Positions 1 through 9,615 of a stretch of 64,000 nt of DNA are shown here, piece after piece. A program made the position numbers and the translations under genes. Each line of letters starts with the position of its first letter. Position 1 is the stretch's first letter. The stretch is from assembly GCA_017513085.1 (NCBI GenBank), contig JAFWDK010000019.1:192001-256000 (forward strand), read 5' to 3'. A model generated the notes under the pieces. The model did no database searches. It was not told where the DNA came from and saw nothing but the letters and a program-made list of their open reading frames with translations. This DNA comes from Clostridiales bacterium. Its GTDB lineage: Bacteria; Bacillota; Clostridia; Saccharofermentanales; Saccharofermentanaceae.

Positions 1-345
1 ACCAAGCAGGATGCCACACTTCATGCTGAAATGTCCTGTATCTCCAAGGCCTGTAGAAAACTTGCCGCCTGGCACATTTTCGACTGTGATCTGTATGTCA
101 CGCTTGAGCCCTGCTACATGTGCGCCGGAGCCATTATCCAGTCCCATATACGTCATGTGTATTTCGGCGCCTCTGATCCCAAAGGCGGAGCCGTAATCTC
201 ACAAAACCACCTTTTTGACCTGCCTCACAACCACCATGTGGAGTATACCGGCGGAATCCTGGAAGAAGAATGCAGCAAGCTTCTAAAAGACTTTTTCCGC
301 GAGCTTAGAGCACAAAAGAAATCCCGTCCCGGATCAGCCAGATAA
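1..345 (+). CDS. tadA: tRNA adenosine(34) deaminase TadA (5' end outside the window)
   Basis: Frame is open from base 1: TKQDATLHAEMSCI... It carries the HAE motif, TLEPCYMC (PCxxC) and YFGASDPKGG, all typical of TadA. Confidence 0.9.
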   Translation, partial: TKQDATLHAEMSCISKACRKLAAWHIFDCDLYVTLEPCYMCAGAIIQSHIRHVYFGASDPKGGAVISQNHLFDLPHNHHVEYTGGILEEECSKLLKDFFRELRAQKKSRPGSAR

Positions 346-3300
346 TCTTTTCCTTAACTTGCTTTCCGGTCGCGGAAACGATCGCCTTGGCGTACATATC
401 CAGCTGAAAACCATACCTTTCCTCAAGCACGGCCTGCTTTTCTTCCATCGTTCCCTCGATCCGGTCAGACTTATAGTCGATCAGTACTGCCTGCCCGTCT
501 GTATCAACAAACCAGCAATCGATCATACCTTGTACAAGCGAGAAATCATCCTGACCATTCGGCACCGCCAAAGCAAACGGGATCTCGCGATAAGGACCAT
601 GTTCCGGCTCACCTTCCGCCATCACCATTCTGCGGCAGAGCTCACTTTCAAGGAACTGCTGCATACATCCAGTAAACGGACGAAGATGCCGGATCTGTTC
701 CTCCGTTATCATGTCATGCTCGCAAAGGGTTTTCAAAACCGTCTCCCACTCCACGTTCTGTCCGCTTGAAAGCAGACCGGAAAAATCAATATACTGCCAT
801 GCACTATGGATCAATGTACCCAGCTGCGTCGCGCTATATCCGCCGTCCGTCCATTTCTGTCCGCTCTCATGAAGACGCATATTGATTGCTCTTACCGTAA
901 CATCTTCGTCTTCCTTCAGATCCGGATCCTCCTGGGCCGCCAAAGACCTCTTCATCTCACTGACAGTAGTTTTGGCCGGGACCAGCGTCATCTCTGCCCA
1001 TTCGTGGATATCTCGCGAAAGAAGGCCGACACGCTCTTTCTCCTCTTCAGAAAGGCAATCACCCGTATTCTCTTTTCTGGCTGCTTCATAAGCATCCGAA
1101 GCCGAACTGCTGTTCACTTGCGGATATACGCTCAAATTCTTTCCCTTATCCGAGATCAGCGCCATATCTTCACTTTCCGCACTGCGGACAGGGTCAGAAA
1201 AAGCTACATCCCCGTATACGATCGGTTCGGGAGAAGTTGCGGCTTTACCTATCGGGCAGGAAGAATCACGAACCACGCCTGCCAGAAATTTCTTAAGCGG
1301 CGTATTCAGATTTCTCATGAAATAGGTCGGATATTTCTCCGAAGAAATGCGGCACGCATCTTCTAGCATCTTACTCTCCGAAATACTGCCATCCTTGGTG
1401 CGCTTGGCCGTGACCACAATAAAGAGTTTTTTCTCCGCACGCGTCAAGGCAACATACAAAAGACGTATCTTCTCTGCTTCAAGCTCTCTTCTGTTTTCGT
1501 TCTTCAGAACATAGTAGTCATGCGGCTCATAGACCGAACCCCACTGCGGGCAATACCGCTTGGCCGCCATCGTGCCGTTCTCGTTCAGAATTAAAGCCGT
1601 ACTCTCCTCACGGTTTCCGGATTGGATCCCGCAAAGGAAAACAAAAGGAAACTCCAGGCCCTTACTTTTGTGGATCGTCATACAACGCACCACGTTCTCC
1701 AATGGTTCGGAAAGCTCGATCTCCGTAACGGCATTCTTCTGCGAATCGACCTCTTCAATATACTCGACAAAAGCACGCAGTCCGGGCTTTCTTGTAGTAT
1801 CAAACTGTGAAGCCCATGTCACAAGCGTCATCAGCGCGTAGTAACGTGCACTACCGTTTTTCTCTCTCCTCACCCGTTCAGGATACTCCGTGATCGAGTA
1901 AACATGTTCCATCCATTTTGTAACGTTCATCTGCATCGAAAGCGTCCGAAGGTCATTCACAAATGCGAGAAAATCTCTTACCCGGAAGGCAAGCTTGGAT
2001 TCCCCGTACTTCGCCATATACATCACTTTTTCACAGAAAGGGATCTTCGCTTTTCCAGAAGAAGCGGCAAAGAGATGGATATCCAGAAGCTGCTGATCCG
2101 TAAAGCCCGCCTGTCGGATACCGGACTTCATAACAGATGCAAGCGGAATGTCCTGCAAAGAATTATCCACGATCCGCGCAAGATCCAAGATCACACGAAG
2201 ATCCGGGTGTTGAAGCACATTCCCGAGGAAAGGCCCTTGCGCAGGGATCCCGCAGCGATTCAATGTTTCTGCCACATCCATGGCATTCTGGTTCGAAGTG
2301 GTAAGTACCACACACTGTGAATAAGAGAATCCGGGAAGTTCAGACAATTCACGGATTTTACCCGCCACGACCATAGCCTCGCAGGCGATCTTCTCTTCAT
2401 CAGCACTCTCTTCCTGGTTTCCGGAAGGCTCCTTTCCTTCTTCAGACCCCAAAGCATTCTCTGCTCTGTCATCTTCGGAGATGATCAACGTCACACCCGC
2501 GCCTCCGGTCTGCGCATAGTCCAAAAGCAGCGAACCATCGTCGTTCTTCGGAACATTCAGGCAATGGGAATCATCGTATTCGATATCCGCGTAATCACTG
2601 CTCATAATCGCCCGGAAGATTTGGTTAACGACTGCAAGGATCGACGGCACGCTTCGGAAATTACTGTTCAACTCAAACAACGTGCCCTCTTTCCCGTCTT
2701 TATATCTCGCATAGCGATCCAGAAACATCTGCGGTTTCGCATGACGGAAGCGATAGATACTCTGCTTCACATCACCGACAAAGAAAACATTGTCTCTCGC
2801 AAAGCACTGTACGATAGCATCCTGCACGCCACTGTTATCCTGATATTCGTCAATGTAGATCTCATCAAAAAGATCTCTGTAATAACCGGCCACTGCCTCC
2901 ACATTAAGAAGTTTCAGCGCCATTTGCTCCTGATCCTGAAAATCGAGAGCCGATTCCTGTCTCTTCTTCAAAGCATAGATCAGGTCCGCCTGAAGAACGA
3001 GTTCAAAATAGCGGGCAAAAAGAGGTGCCATATCCACACTCTCTTCATTGAGCTCCTGCTCCGTCTTTCCAAAGAAATACCGGCAGGAACGGATCAATTC
3101 ATCTTCAGCGGAAGCATTCTTGCTCACTCCGCAGATCTGATAAACCAGTTCATAAAAAGACGTCAGGTCTTTCGAAAACTCCTGCACATCTTCGTCATTA
3201 CTCTTACGAAGCGAAGGGAGCTCTTCATCCGGATGATGCTTGCCGAGTTCCACGATCTCATCCCAGGAAAGATTCTCATCAGAAAGGATCTTCTCACCGG

Positions 3301-4222
3301 TCTCGATCACATACAGGAACCATCTGGCAAAACAATCTTTCTTTTCCTGATTTTTCTTCTTATCTTTCAAAAATACAAGATCTTCGGCCCGCACGGAAAG
3401 TTCCCGGATCTGATCCAGTCTCTCCCTGATATTCAAGTAAAGAGATTCCCTTGCCTGCGCACAGATCTTTCCCTCCGAAAAATGGCCGGCTTCCTTCTGC
3501 TTATTGAGCACCTGTTTCTCGATCCAGGCTCTGTAGTCCGGAAGGCTTCGCAGATAAGAAAGCTTATTCTCCATATCTTCTTTCAGCATGGTATCATCCC
3601 GGCCACTGCCAAACGCCTCGACCATAGAAAGGAACGAATCACACCATTTCTCTGCCGTCACCGGATCAGAACCTATCGCAGCCGGCCATTCTCCCGAATC
3701 CACTCCCTGCATAACTTCCGAAGGATCGATTCTTCCCTCATTCACATCCATGCAAAAAACATATGCCTGCGAAAACGCGTCATTGAAGGCATCACGAAGC
3801 AGCTTCTTCGCATGCGTCTCGTCCAGGATCGAGCTTCCCGGTTCCAGCAAAGGTTCACCGTCCTCTCCTGCACCTTGTGCGGAAAAACTTGAGATCACCC
3901 GGTTGCAGAAAGCATTGATCGTAGAAATATACGCCATCGGCAATTTCGTGATCTGCTCGCTTATATTCTTTCTCTTAAGCGCATCCTTTTCCAAAGCCAA
4001 ACGTTCCCGGAGCTTTTTCTCAAGTTTTGCACTCATATTTGCCGCCGCAGCATTGGTAAACGTCATGACCAGCACGCGGTCAACCGACAGTTCCCCATCC
4101 AGGATACGGGTCACGATACGTTCTGTCATAACACTGGTTTTACCAGAACCGGCCGCCGCGCTGACCAGTATATTTCCGGAAGGAGCGAGTACTATCTTTT
4201 CCTGTTCTTTAGTAAGTCTCAT
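305..4222 (-). CDS. addA: ATP-dependent helicase/nuclease subunit A (AddA)
   Basis: Walker A SAAAGSGKT, TFTNAAA, IDEYQD, VGDVKQSIYRFR, MTIHKSKGLEF and LLYVALTRA, plus a C-terminal RecB-type nuclease (QGMID...IDYKSD). Overlaps addB by 4 nt. Confidence 0.95.
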   Translation of the reverse strand: MRLTKEQEKIVLAPSGNILVSAAAGSGKTSVMTERIVTRILDGELSVDRVLVMTFTNAAAANMSAKLEKKLRERLALEKDALKRKNISEQITKLPMAYISTINAFCNRVISSFSAQGAGEDGEPLLEPGSSILDETHAKKLLRDAFNDAFSQAYVFCMDVNEGRIDPSEVMQGVDSGEWPAAIGSDPVTAEKWCDSFLSMVEAFGSGRDDTMLKEDMENKLSYLRSLPDYRAWIEKQVLNKQKEAGHFSEGKICAQARESLYLNIRERLDQIRELSVRAEDLVFLKDKKKNQEKKDCFARWFLYVIETGEKILSDENLSWDEIVELGKHHPDEELPSLRKSNDEDVQEFSKDLTSFYELVYQICGVSKNASAEDELIRSCRYFFGKTEQELNEESVDMAPLFARYFELVLQADLIYALKKRQESALDFQDQEQMALKLLNVEAVAGYYRDLFDEIYIDEYQDNSGVQDAIVQCFARDNVFFVGDVKQSIYRFRHAKPQMFLDRYARYKDGKEGTLFELNSNFRSVPSILAVVNQIFRAIMSSDYADIEYDDSHCLNVPKNDDGSLLLDYAQTGGAGVTLIISEDDRAENALGSEEGKEPSGNQEESADEEKIACEAMVVAGKIRELSELPGFSYSQCVVLTTSNQNAMDVAETLNRCGIPAQGPFLGNVLQHPDLRVILDLARIVDNSLQDIPLASVMKSGIRQAGFTDQQLLDIHLFAASSGKAKIPFCEKVMYMAKYGESKLAFRVRDFLAFVNDLRTLSMQMNVTKWMEHVYSITEYPERVRREKNGSARYYALMTLVTWASQFDTTRKPGLRAFVEYIEEVDSQKNAVTEIELSEPLENVVRCMTIHKSKGLEFPFVFLCGIQSGNREESTALILNENGTMAAKRYCPQWGSVYEPHDYYVLKNENRRELEAEKIRLLYVALTRAEKKLFIVVTAKRTKDGSISESKMLEDACRISSEKYPTYFMRNLNTPLKKFLAGVVRDSSCPIGKAATSPEPIVYGDVAFSDPVRSAESEDMALISDKGKNLSVYPQVNSSSASDAYEAARKENTGDCLSEEEKERVGLLSRDIHEWAEMTLVPAKTTVSEMKRSLAAQEDPDLKEDEDVTVRAINMRLHESGQKWTDGGYSATQLGTLIHSAWQYIDFSGLLSSGQNVEWETVLKTLCEHDMITEEQIRHLRPFTGCMQQFLESELCRRMVMAEGEPEHGPYREIPFALAVPNGQDDFSLVQGMIDCWFVDTDGQAVLIDYKSDRIEGTMEEKQAVLEERYGFQLDMYAKAIVSATGKQVKEKIIWLIRDGISFVL

Positions 4223-7200
4223 TCTTTTCCCTCCTTTTTCAGTGCCGCAAAGAACGCGCCTTTCTTATTCTTTATGTTCTCATCCTGCGGCTTGGGGATC
4301 GGCGGGAAGAAGCGGTACTTCGGGTTCTCCATATCACCATTGCAGACAAAAGCGAACTTGCACTTCTTGCAGTCTAATTCCGATTTTTTGTTGATCCTCG
4401 ACGGCATAGCCGGAAACTCTCCATGTAAGATCTTCTCGCAATTGTTTTTAATCGTAGAGATCGCGAACTCACCGGCAAGCGCCATCTCCTCCGGCTCAGC
4501 ATGCAAGGAGTAAGATTCTTTAGCAAAAGAACTCTTTATCGCATTGCTCTTAGCAATCTGAACCGCACTTTCACTCGTAGTTTTAGCAAGGATATCCGCT
4601 CTCTCCTTCGGAGCCTGTACACGAATGTATCCGGCGCCTGTAGGCAGCAGTTCAGGATGCAGCTTAAGGAAAACATGAAGATACGCCGGAAGCTGTACAC
4701 TCTCTCCTGCATAAAGGGCATCATAGTTCACTTCCTTGACACCTGTCTTGTAATCAAGGATCTGGAATTCACGTGTCTCCGCGTTAACATCCACACGGTC
4801 GATCACGCCGATAAAGTGGACTTTTCTTCCGTCTTCCAAAACTATGTCCCAAGGTTCTACACCGTCTCTTCCGAACTTCCACTCAAAGTATTCCGGCAAA
4901 TACGAGGTTGGATCCATGGTCTCAAACAAGTAATTCATGGTAGCCGTCGTCGCTGAGATCAGCTTATTGTCCGCTTCCATCTTCAACGCCGGATCATCGC
5001 AATAGGCATAATGCTCGACTGACTGTGCCTGCGGCAGTAACTCCCGCACCCACTCTTCTTTATCACGATGCAAATAGCGGGCAAAGACTTCGGCACGCTT
5101 AGTCTCATCGTCCGATGCCAGATACTCATCCCGAAACTGTTTCAGAGCGACTTCGAAAATACTATGGGCGATCGATCCCATGTGAGTAGGTAAAACCTTC
5201 ATCACATCTCTCTCGGAAAGACGAAGGATCGAATTGCAGAAATAATTGTACGGGCACTTCACATAGGATTCTGTCGAAGAGACACTCATCCACATATCCG
5301 AAGGGAAAAGCTGATCCATACGCTCTTTCGAAATCGTAAGCGAAAGCGGCAGCTCCTCTTCGCAAGAAAGATCCACTCCGTCAAAACATGTTTTCCAGAT
5401 ATAAAGAACTTTCTGTCTCTCTTCCTCGGAAACATCGATCCGCCCGGTCAGCACATCCTGAAGATAGCTGCGCATCTTGTCTCTTGCCAGCGTACGCGGA
5501 TCCGACAAGGACATTACATCTGTTTCGAAGAACTTCACCTGTGGATACGTCTCTTTCATGAAAAGCACGACAGAAGAGGGTTCTTCCGAATTCTGCATGG
5601 TAAAAACGATATTTTCTTTCGGGCAATCCAGCAAAGCATATGCAATAAAAAAGTCTGAATACGTCTGATCCTTGGCGTGATTCGGGAAATCCATAGAAAG
5701 CTTGTCTGCAAGCATCTCACGTTCCCGGTTTTTCAGATAGCCCTCCGACGGAGCAGTGAAAGGAAAATTTTTCCGGTTCGGTCCCACCACGAACATAGTC
5801 CGGCAAGTTCTCCGGTATGCATTCTTCGGCTCCGTGATCGTCACCTGGTCCACAAAAGACGGAATCTTGGACAAACTCTTCGACGAGATCGCCGTAGTTA
5901 CGGCACTGCAGAAATTAGAAAGCGAAATAGGGAAATCTCCGATTTCCTCGGACAAAGCCCGAAGCACGTCATCCGCGGCGTTATAAGAAGCCGCCAGTGC
6001 CAGTGCCGACTCCTGATTCCCGGCACGTGTCCACTCATCCACATAGTACTCCACCATCTTCTGCGATCCCGATGTCATGTCATGAAGCGCTACCGCGCGC
6101 TCCGCGCACGTCTTTGCCTTAAGAAGCGGTTTCATCTCCTCCTCGGCCTTCTGAAGAACAGGCAGCACCTTCTCCACCATCGACTTCTCGGTGTCCGAGT
6201 CGGCAAAATCAGCACAAGAAAGAATACGCTTCTTGTTCTTCAAACCATGTGCCAGACAGAAATTCTCAAATCTCTGGACCAATACCGGATCAAGGGAAAC
6301 AAATCCGGACTTCAGGAAAGCCATCACCGACTGCAACTCCCAGTTATAACAGCCCATCTCCATGATGGCCTGCATATACTGCATCCAGATGGTCCCGATC
6401 AACGGATTCTTCGAATCCAGGAACACATCCAGCCCATACTTGGCAAAAGCCGCATGCAGCCCCGCCCGATACTCGTTCTGATCACAAAGCACCACCGTGA
6501 TATCACGGTAACGGTAGCCCTCAAAAGCCACCATCTCCCTGATCCTGGCTGCCACATATTCCAATTCATCATTTATTCTTTGAAAAACGCGGATTTCTCC
6601 CGGCACAGGAAGATCCTTCCTGACCGAACAGGAACGTTCCGCATAATCAAGCGATACTATATCCAGCGCCGCATCACGCACAGACGCCCCCACTTCTGTA
6701 ACCGAATCAAAAGCAAAACGCGACCGGAAAGATTTCACTACCTGGTTTCCGAAGTGGCAGATCTCCTTCGTATCGGCATCTCCCAGTCCGGATTCCGCGA
6801 TGGTGGTAAAAGTAAGCTTAGACACCACCATTTCAAGCAATGTAACAATGTTCAATTCTTCCGGAGTAAGATTTCGGTTCTCTCCAAACCCCATAATCCA
6901 TACTGAAGCATCCTTCAAAAAACGCAATCGGTTCAACGGCCATGTCCGTGTCGTCGGATCGTCCTTGGAAAAGGCTTCCAGGATCCGGACGAGACGCTTC
7001 ATGGAATCTCTTTCCGGAGCAAATCCCATCTGTTCGGAGATGGCGTCCAGCCTGGTCATAAGAAGTCCGAAATCATGGATCTTATTCTTAGTCAGATCAC
7101 TCTGTCCGGACAGATCCAGATCAAGGAGCATCTGCCCACTGATACCGTAACGGTAAAAATCTCCCAGCACCTCTTCCACATCCGCAACAAAACCGACCCG

Positions 7201-7566
7201 CTCTGAAAAACGGGAAAGAATGGAAAAATCATCTTTCTCCTGCTGAAGGATACGATGGATCAGGATCGTCTTCGTAACAGGCATAAGGAGTTTCTTCTGT
7301 CCGCCACCCACTTCACTTAACAGACGATAGGCAAATCGCGAAAAACTGACGATATCGATCATCATGAATGCCGAATCTGACGAAGCCGCGCCCTTCTTCT
7401 CTTTAAGGATCTCAATATAGCGCCGTTCAACTTCCGCCTTCATCGTCTCCGGCACGATAATATAGCCACGCCTCGTCGGCCAAAGCACTGCTTCTTCGCA
7501 GATCTTCTCAAGGCATGTATCGATAAGAGAACCGGGATGCTCTCCGTAAAGCAAATGAAACGCCAT
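4219..7566 (-). CDS. addB: ATP-dependent helicase/nuclease subunit B (AddB)
   Basis: IIVPE and SFSRFAYR N-terminal motifs, Fe-S staple cysteines (KCPYNYF ... CKKCKFAFVC), nuclease GVIDRVD...ILDYKTG; lies directly upstream of addA. Confidence 0.92.
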   Translation of the reverse strand: MAFHLLYGEHPGSLIDTCLEKICEEAVLWPTRRGYIIVPETMKAEVERRYIEILKEKKGAASSDSAFMMIDIVSFSRFAYRLLSEVGGGQKKLLMPVTKTILIHRILQQEKDDFSILSRFSERVGFVADVEEVLGDFYRYGISGQMLLDLDLSGQSDLTKNKIHDFGLLMTRLDAISEQMGFAPERDSMKRLVRILEAFSKDDPTTRTWPLNRLRFLKDASVWIMGFGENRNLTPEELNIVTLLEMVVSKLTFTTIAESGLGDADTKEICHFGNQVVKSFRSRFAFDSVTEVGASVRDAALDIVSLDYAERSCSVRKDLPVPGEIRVFQRINDELEYVAARIREMVAFEGYRYRDITVVLCDQNEYRAGLHAAFAKYGLDVFLDSKNPLIGTIWMQYMQAIMEMGCYNWELQSVMAFLKSGFVSLDPVLVQRFENFCLAHGLKNKKRILSCADFADSDTEKSMVEKVLPVLQKAEEEMKPLLKAKTCAERAVALHDMTSGSQKMVEYYVDEWTRAGNQESALALAASYNAADDVLRALSEEIGDFPISLSNFCSAVTTAISSKSLSKIPSFVDQVTITEPKNAYRRTCRTMFVVGPNRKNFPFTAPSEGYLKNREREMLADKLSMDFPNHAKDQTYSDFFIAYALLDCPKENIVFTMQNSEEPSSVVLFMKETYPQVKFFETDVMSLSDPRTLARDKMRSYLQDVLTGRIDVSEEERQKVLYIWKTCFDGVDLSCEEELPLSLTISKERMDQLFPSDMWMSVSSTESYVKCPYNYFCNSILRLSERDVMKVLPTHMGSIAHSIFEVALKQFRDEYLASDDETKRAEVFARYLHRDKEEWVRELLPQAQSVEHYAYCDDPALKMEADNKLISATTATMNYLFETMDPTSYLPEYFEWKFGRDGVEPWDIVLEDGRKVHFIGVIDRVDVNAETREFQILDYKTGVKEVNYDALYAGESVQLPAYLHVFLKLHPELLPTGAGYIRVQAPKERADILAKTTSESAVQIAKSNAIKSSFAKESYSLHAEPEEMALAGEFAISTIKNNCEKILHGEFPAMPSRINKKSELDCKKCKFAFVCNGDMENPKYRFFPPIPKPQDENIKNKKGAFFAALKKEGKE

Positions 7567-7584
7567 AACTATACCTCCTTAAAC

Positions 7585-9426
7585 TCAGAGGGTATCAAGA
7601 TTCTGTCCGTTCGCCGCCTTCATTGTCGTATTCGCCGCAGTAAGCGAATCTTCAATCGCTTTCTGCTCCATCGGTCGTCTTACCTTCAAGGTCGTAGTCT
7701 TCACCATCTCTGTTTCCGAGAAAACAAAATAGTGGATCGCCTTATAAGACGGCATCTGATGGTTGACTTCTTTCATCTTAGATGACAGATACTCACGCAC
7801 CGCATTATCGCCGGCCGTAGTATCCGGAATCGGAAGATTCTCACCGATCACCTCACGGTCGATCAGTAGTTTGGCGCAGATATCCACTGCACCCTTCTCA
7901 TCCTTAGCACCCCAGACAAAAGCTTCCTTTACGCCGGGGATGTTGTTCAACAGCGACTCCATCTCTTCCGGGAACGCCTTCTTGCCGTTAGTCAAAACGA
8001 TCATCGACTTCACGCGTCCCGTAATATGCAGGCATCCCTTCTTATCGAGATATCCCATATCACCGGTATGGAACCAGCCATTCTCATCAAGCACCTCTGC
8101 CGTGGCTTCCGGATTCTCGTAATACCCTTGCATCACGCAATCACTCTTAGACAATATCTCACCGACTGTCCCGATTTTGGTACTTTCATCGTCGATCATC
8201 ACCTGGACCCCGGTCAAAGGTCTTCCTACACTTCCATAAACGTTATACTTGGACGTAGTAACAGAAATAACCGGCGAGGTCTCCGTCAGGCCATAACCCA
8301 TGAGGAACTCAAAACCCCAGTTATTGAAATCTTCGATATAATTCTTCGCAATGCCCGCTCCGCCGATAACGATAAGACGAAGGTGTCCGCCCAGTTTCTT
8401 AATAATGGAAGAGAAGAACACCCGACGCAGATCGATCTTGAATTTTCTAAGGAAATTCGATACCGGGATCATCACGGAAAGCAAAGACTCTTTACCGGAT
8501 TCCTTGATACCGGCCTTGATCTTGCCATGAATATTTTCAAACAAAAGCGGCACGGAGATACAAGCTTCAACATGCCACTCATTCAGGTTCTTAACAATAT
8601 AACGAAGTCCGTCGGAGAAACAGATGCAGCATCCCCGTACAAGCATGAAATACTCACACGTATTCTCAAAAGTATGATGCAGCGGCAGGATCGAGAAAGT
8701 TCTCTCACCCGGCTCCAGCGTCAGGATCGTGGAGATAGCATACACATTACTCATGATGTTTTTGTTGGAGAGCATGACACCCTTGCTCATCGCCGTCGTA
8801 CCTGAAGTAAAGAGGATGATACGTGTCTGCTCCGGATCGATCACCGCTTCCTTGATCAGACTCGAACCTTTCTCCACCAAAGCTTTTCCTTCAGAAAGCC
8901 ATTCCTTGAAATCCACAAAACGCGCGTCATCTTTCGGCCACTCCAGGTTAGATGGGATATACTCTGTGCACATACAGACAAAGTATTTCACCTTCACGCC
9001 TGTCTCCTCTTGATTCTTCGCAATATCCAGCATCATCTCGTGATGTTTCTGATGATAAAAAAGCACTTCCACCTTGCCACGCAAGAGAAGATTCACCAGT
9101 TCCTGCTCAGGCAAAAGACGGTCCAAAGGAAGACCTACCGATCCACTGGAAAGGATAGCCGTATAAGAGATCATCCACTCATAGGAATTCTCTCCGACCA
9201 CACCCAGATGCTTCCCGTTCACATCGTGAATACGAAGCGCCTCAGCTATATATTCAACATCTGTTCCGAAATCATGATATGTTTTATGAATCTCCGCTTC
9301 CGTAGGTTTTCTTCTGAAAACGAAAGCATCCCGGGAACTGTATTTCTCCCGGACATCTAAAATCAGATCGCGCATCGTGTCATAACGAACGCCCTCATGA
9401 AGTGCTTTTCCGACAATACTCGGCAT
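7585..9426 (-). CDS. Long-chain fatty acyl-CoA/ACP ligase (AMP-binding enzyme)
   Basis: FTSGTTAMSKG, GYGLTET, GWFHTGD and ITGRVKSMI adenylate-forming motifs. Start placed at ATG 9426 after GGAGG. Confidence 0.88.
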   Translation of the reverse strand: MPSIVGKALHEGVRYDTMRDLILDVREKYSSRDAFVFRRKPTEAEIHKTYHDFGTDVEYIAEALRIHDVNGKHLGVVGENSYEWMISYTAILSSGSVGLPLDRLLPEQELVNLLLRGKVEVLFYHQKHHEMMLDIAKNQEETGVKVKYFVCMCTEYIPSNLEWPKDDARFVDFKEWLSEGKALVEKGSSLIKEAVIDPEQTRIILFTSGTTAMSKGVMLSNKNIMSNVYAISTILTLEPGERTFSILPLHHTFENTCEYFMLVRGCCICFSDGLRYIVKNLNEWHVEACISVPLLFENIHGKIKAGIKESGKESLLSVMIPVSNFLRKFKIDLRRVFFSSIIKKLGGHLRLIVIGGAGIAKNYIEDFNNWGFEFLMGYGLTETSPVISVTTSKYNVYGSVGRPLTGVQVMIDDESTKIGTVGEILSKSDCVMQGYYENPEATAEVLDENGWFHTGDMGYLDKKGCLHITGRVKSMIVLTNGKKAFPEEMESLLNNIPGVKEAFVWGAKDEKGAVDICAKLLIDREVIGENLPIPDTTAGDNAVREYLSSKMKEVNHQMPSYKAIHYFVFSETEMVKTTTLKVRRPMEQKAIEDSLTAANTTMKAANGQNLDTL

Positions 9427-9553
9427 ATAACCTCCGTTATGGCAAACCACGTTCTATTCCCATCAAACCTTGCCATACATACTATGAAATGATACCACTT
9501 TCTTTTCGTCGCGTCTATTGTCCGAAGAAAAATAGTTTGAAAATCAAAGAAAA

Positions 9554-9584
9554 TCTGCCGGCAAGCTTTTTTCTTGCCGGCAGA
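9554..9584 (-). terminator. Intrinsic terminator downstream of the surface-protein gene
   Basis: Perfect 12-bp inverted repeat TCTGCCGGCAAG/CTTGCCGGCAGA followed by TTTTCTTTG on the minus strand. Confidence 0.75.
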
Positions 9585-9615
9585 CTGCCGTTTTCTTCGC
9601 TTTATTCCTTACGAT

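Noticed and set aside
2564-3892. Long antisense ORFs (also 5677-6906, 16197-17858, 18291-19475, 49067-50167, 55616-56941)
   Set aside because: Shadow frames opposite well-supported genes, explained by codon bias; no motifs.
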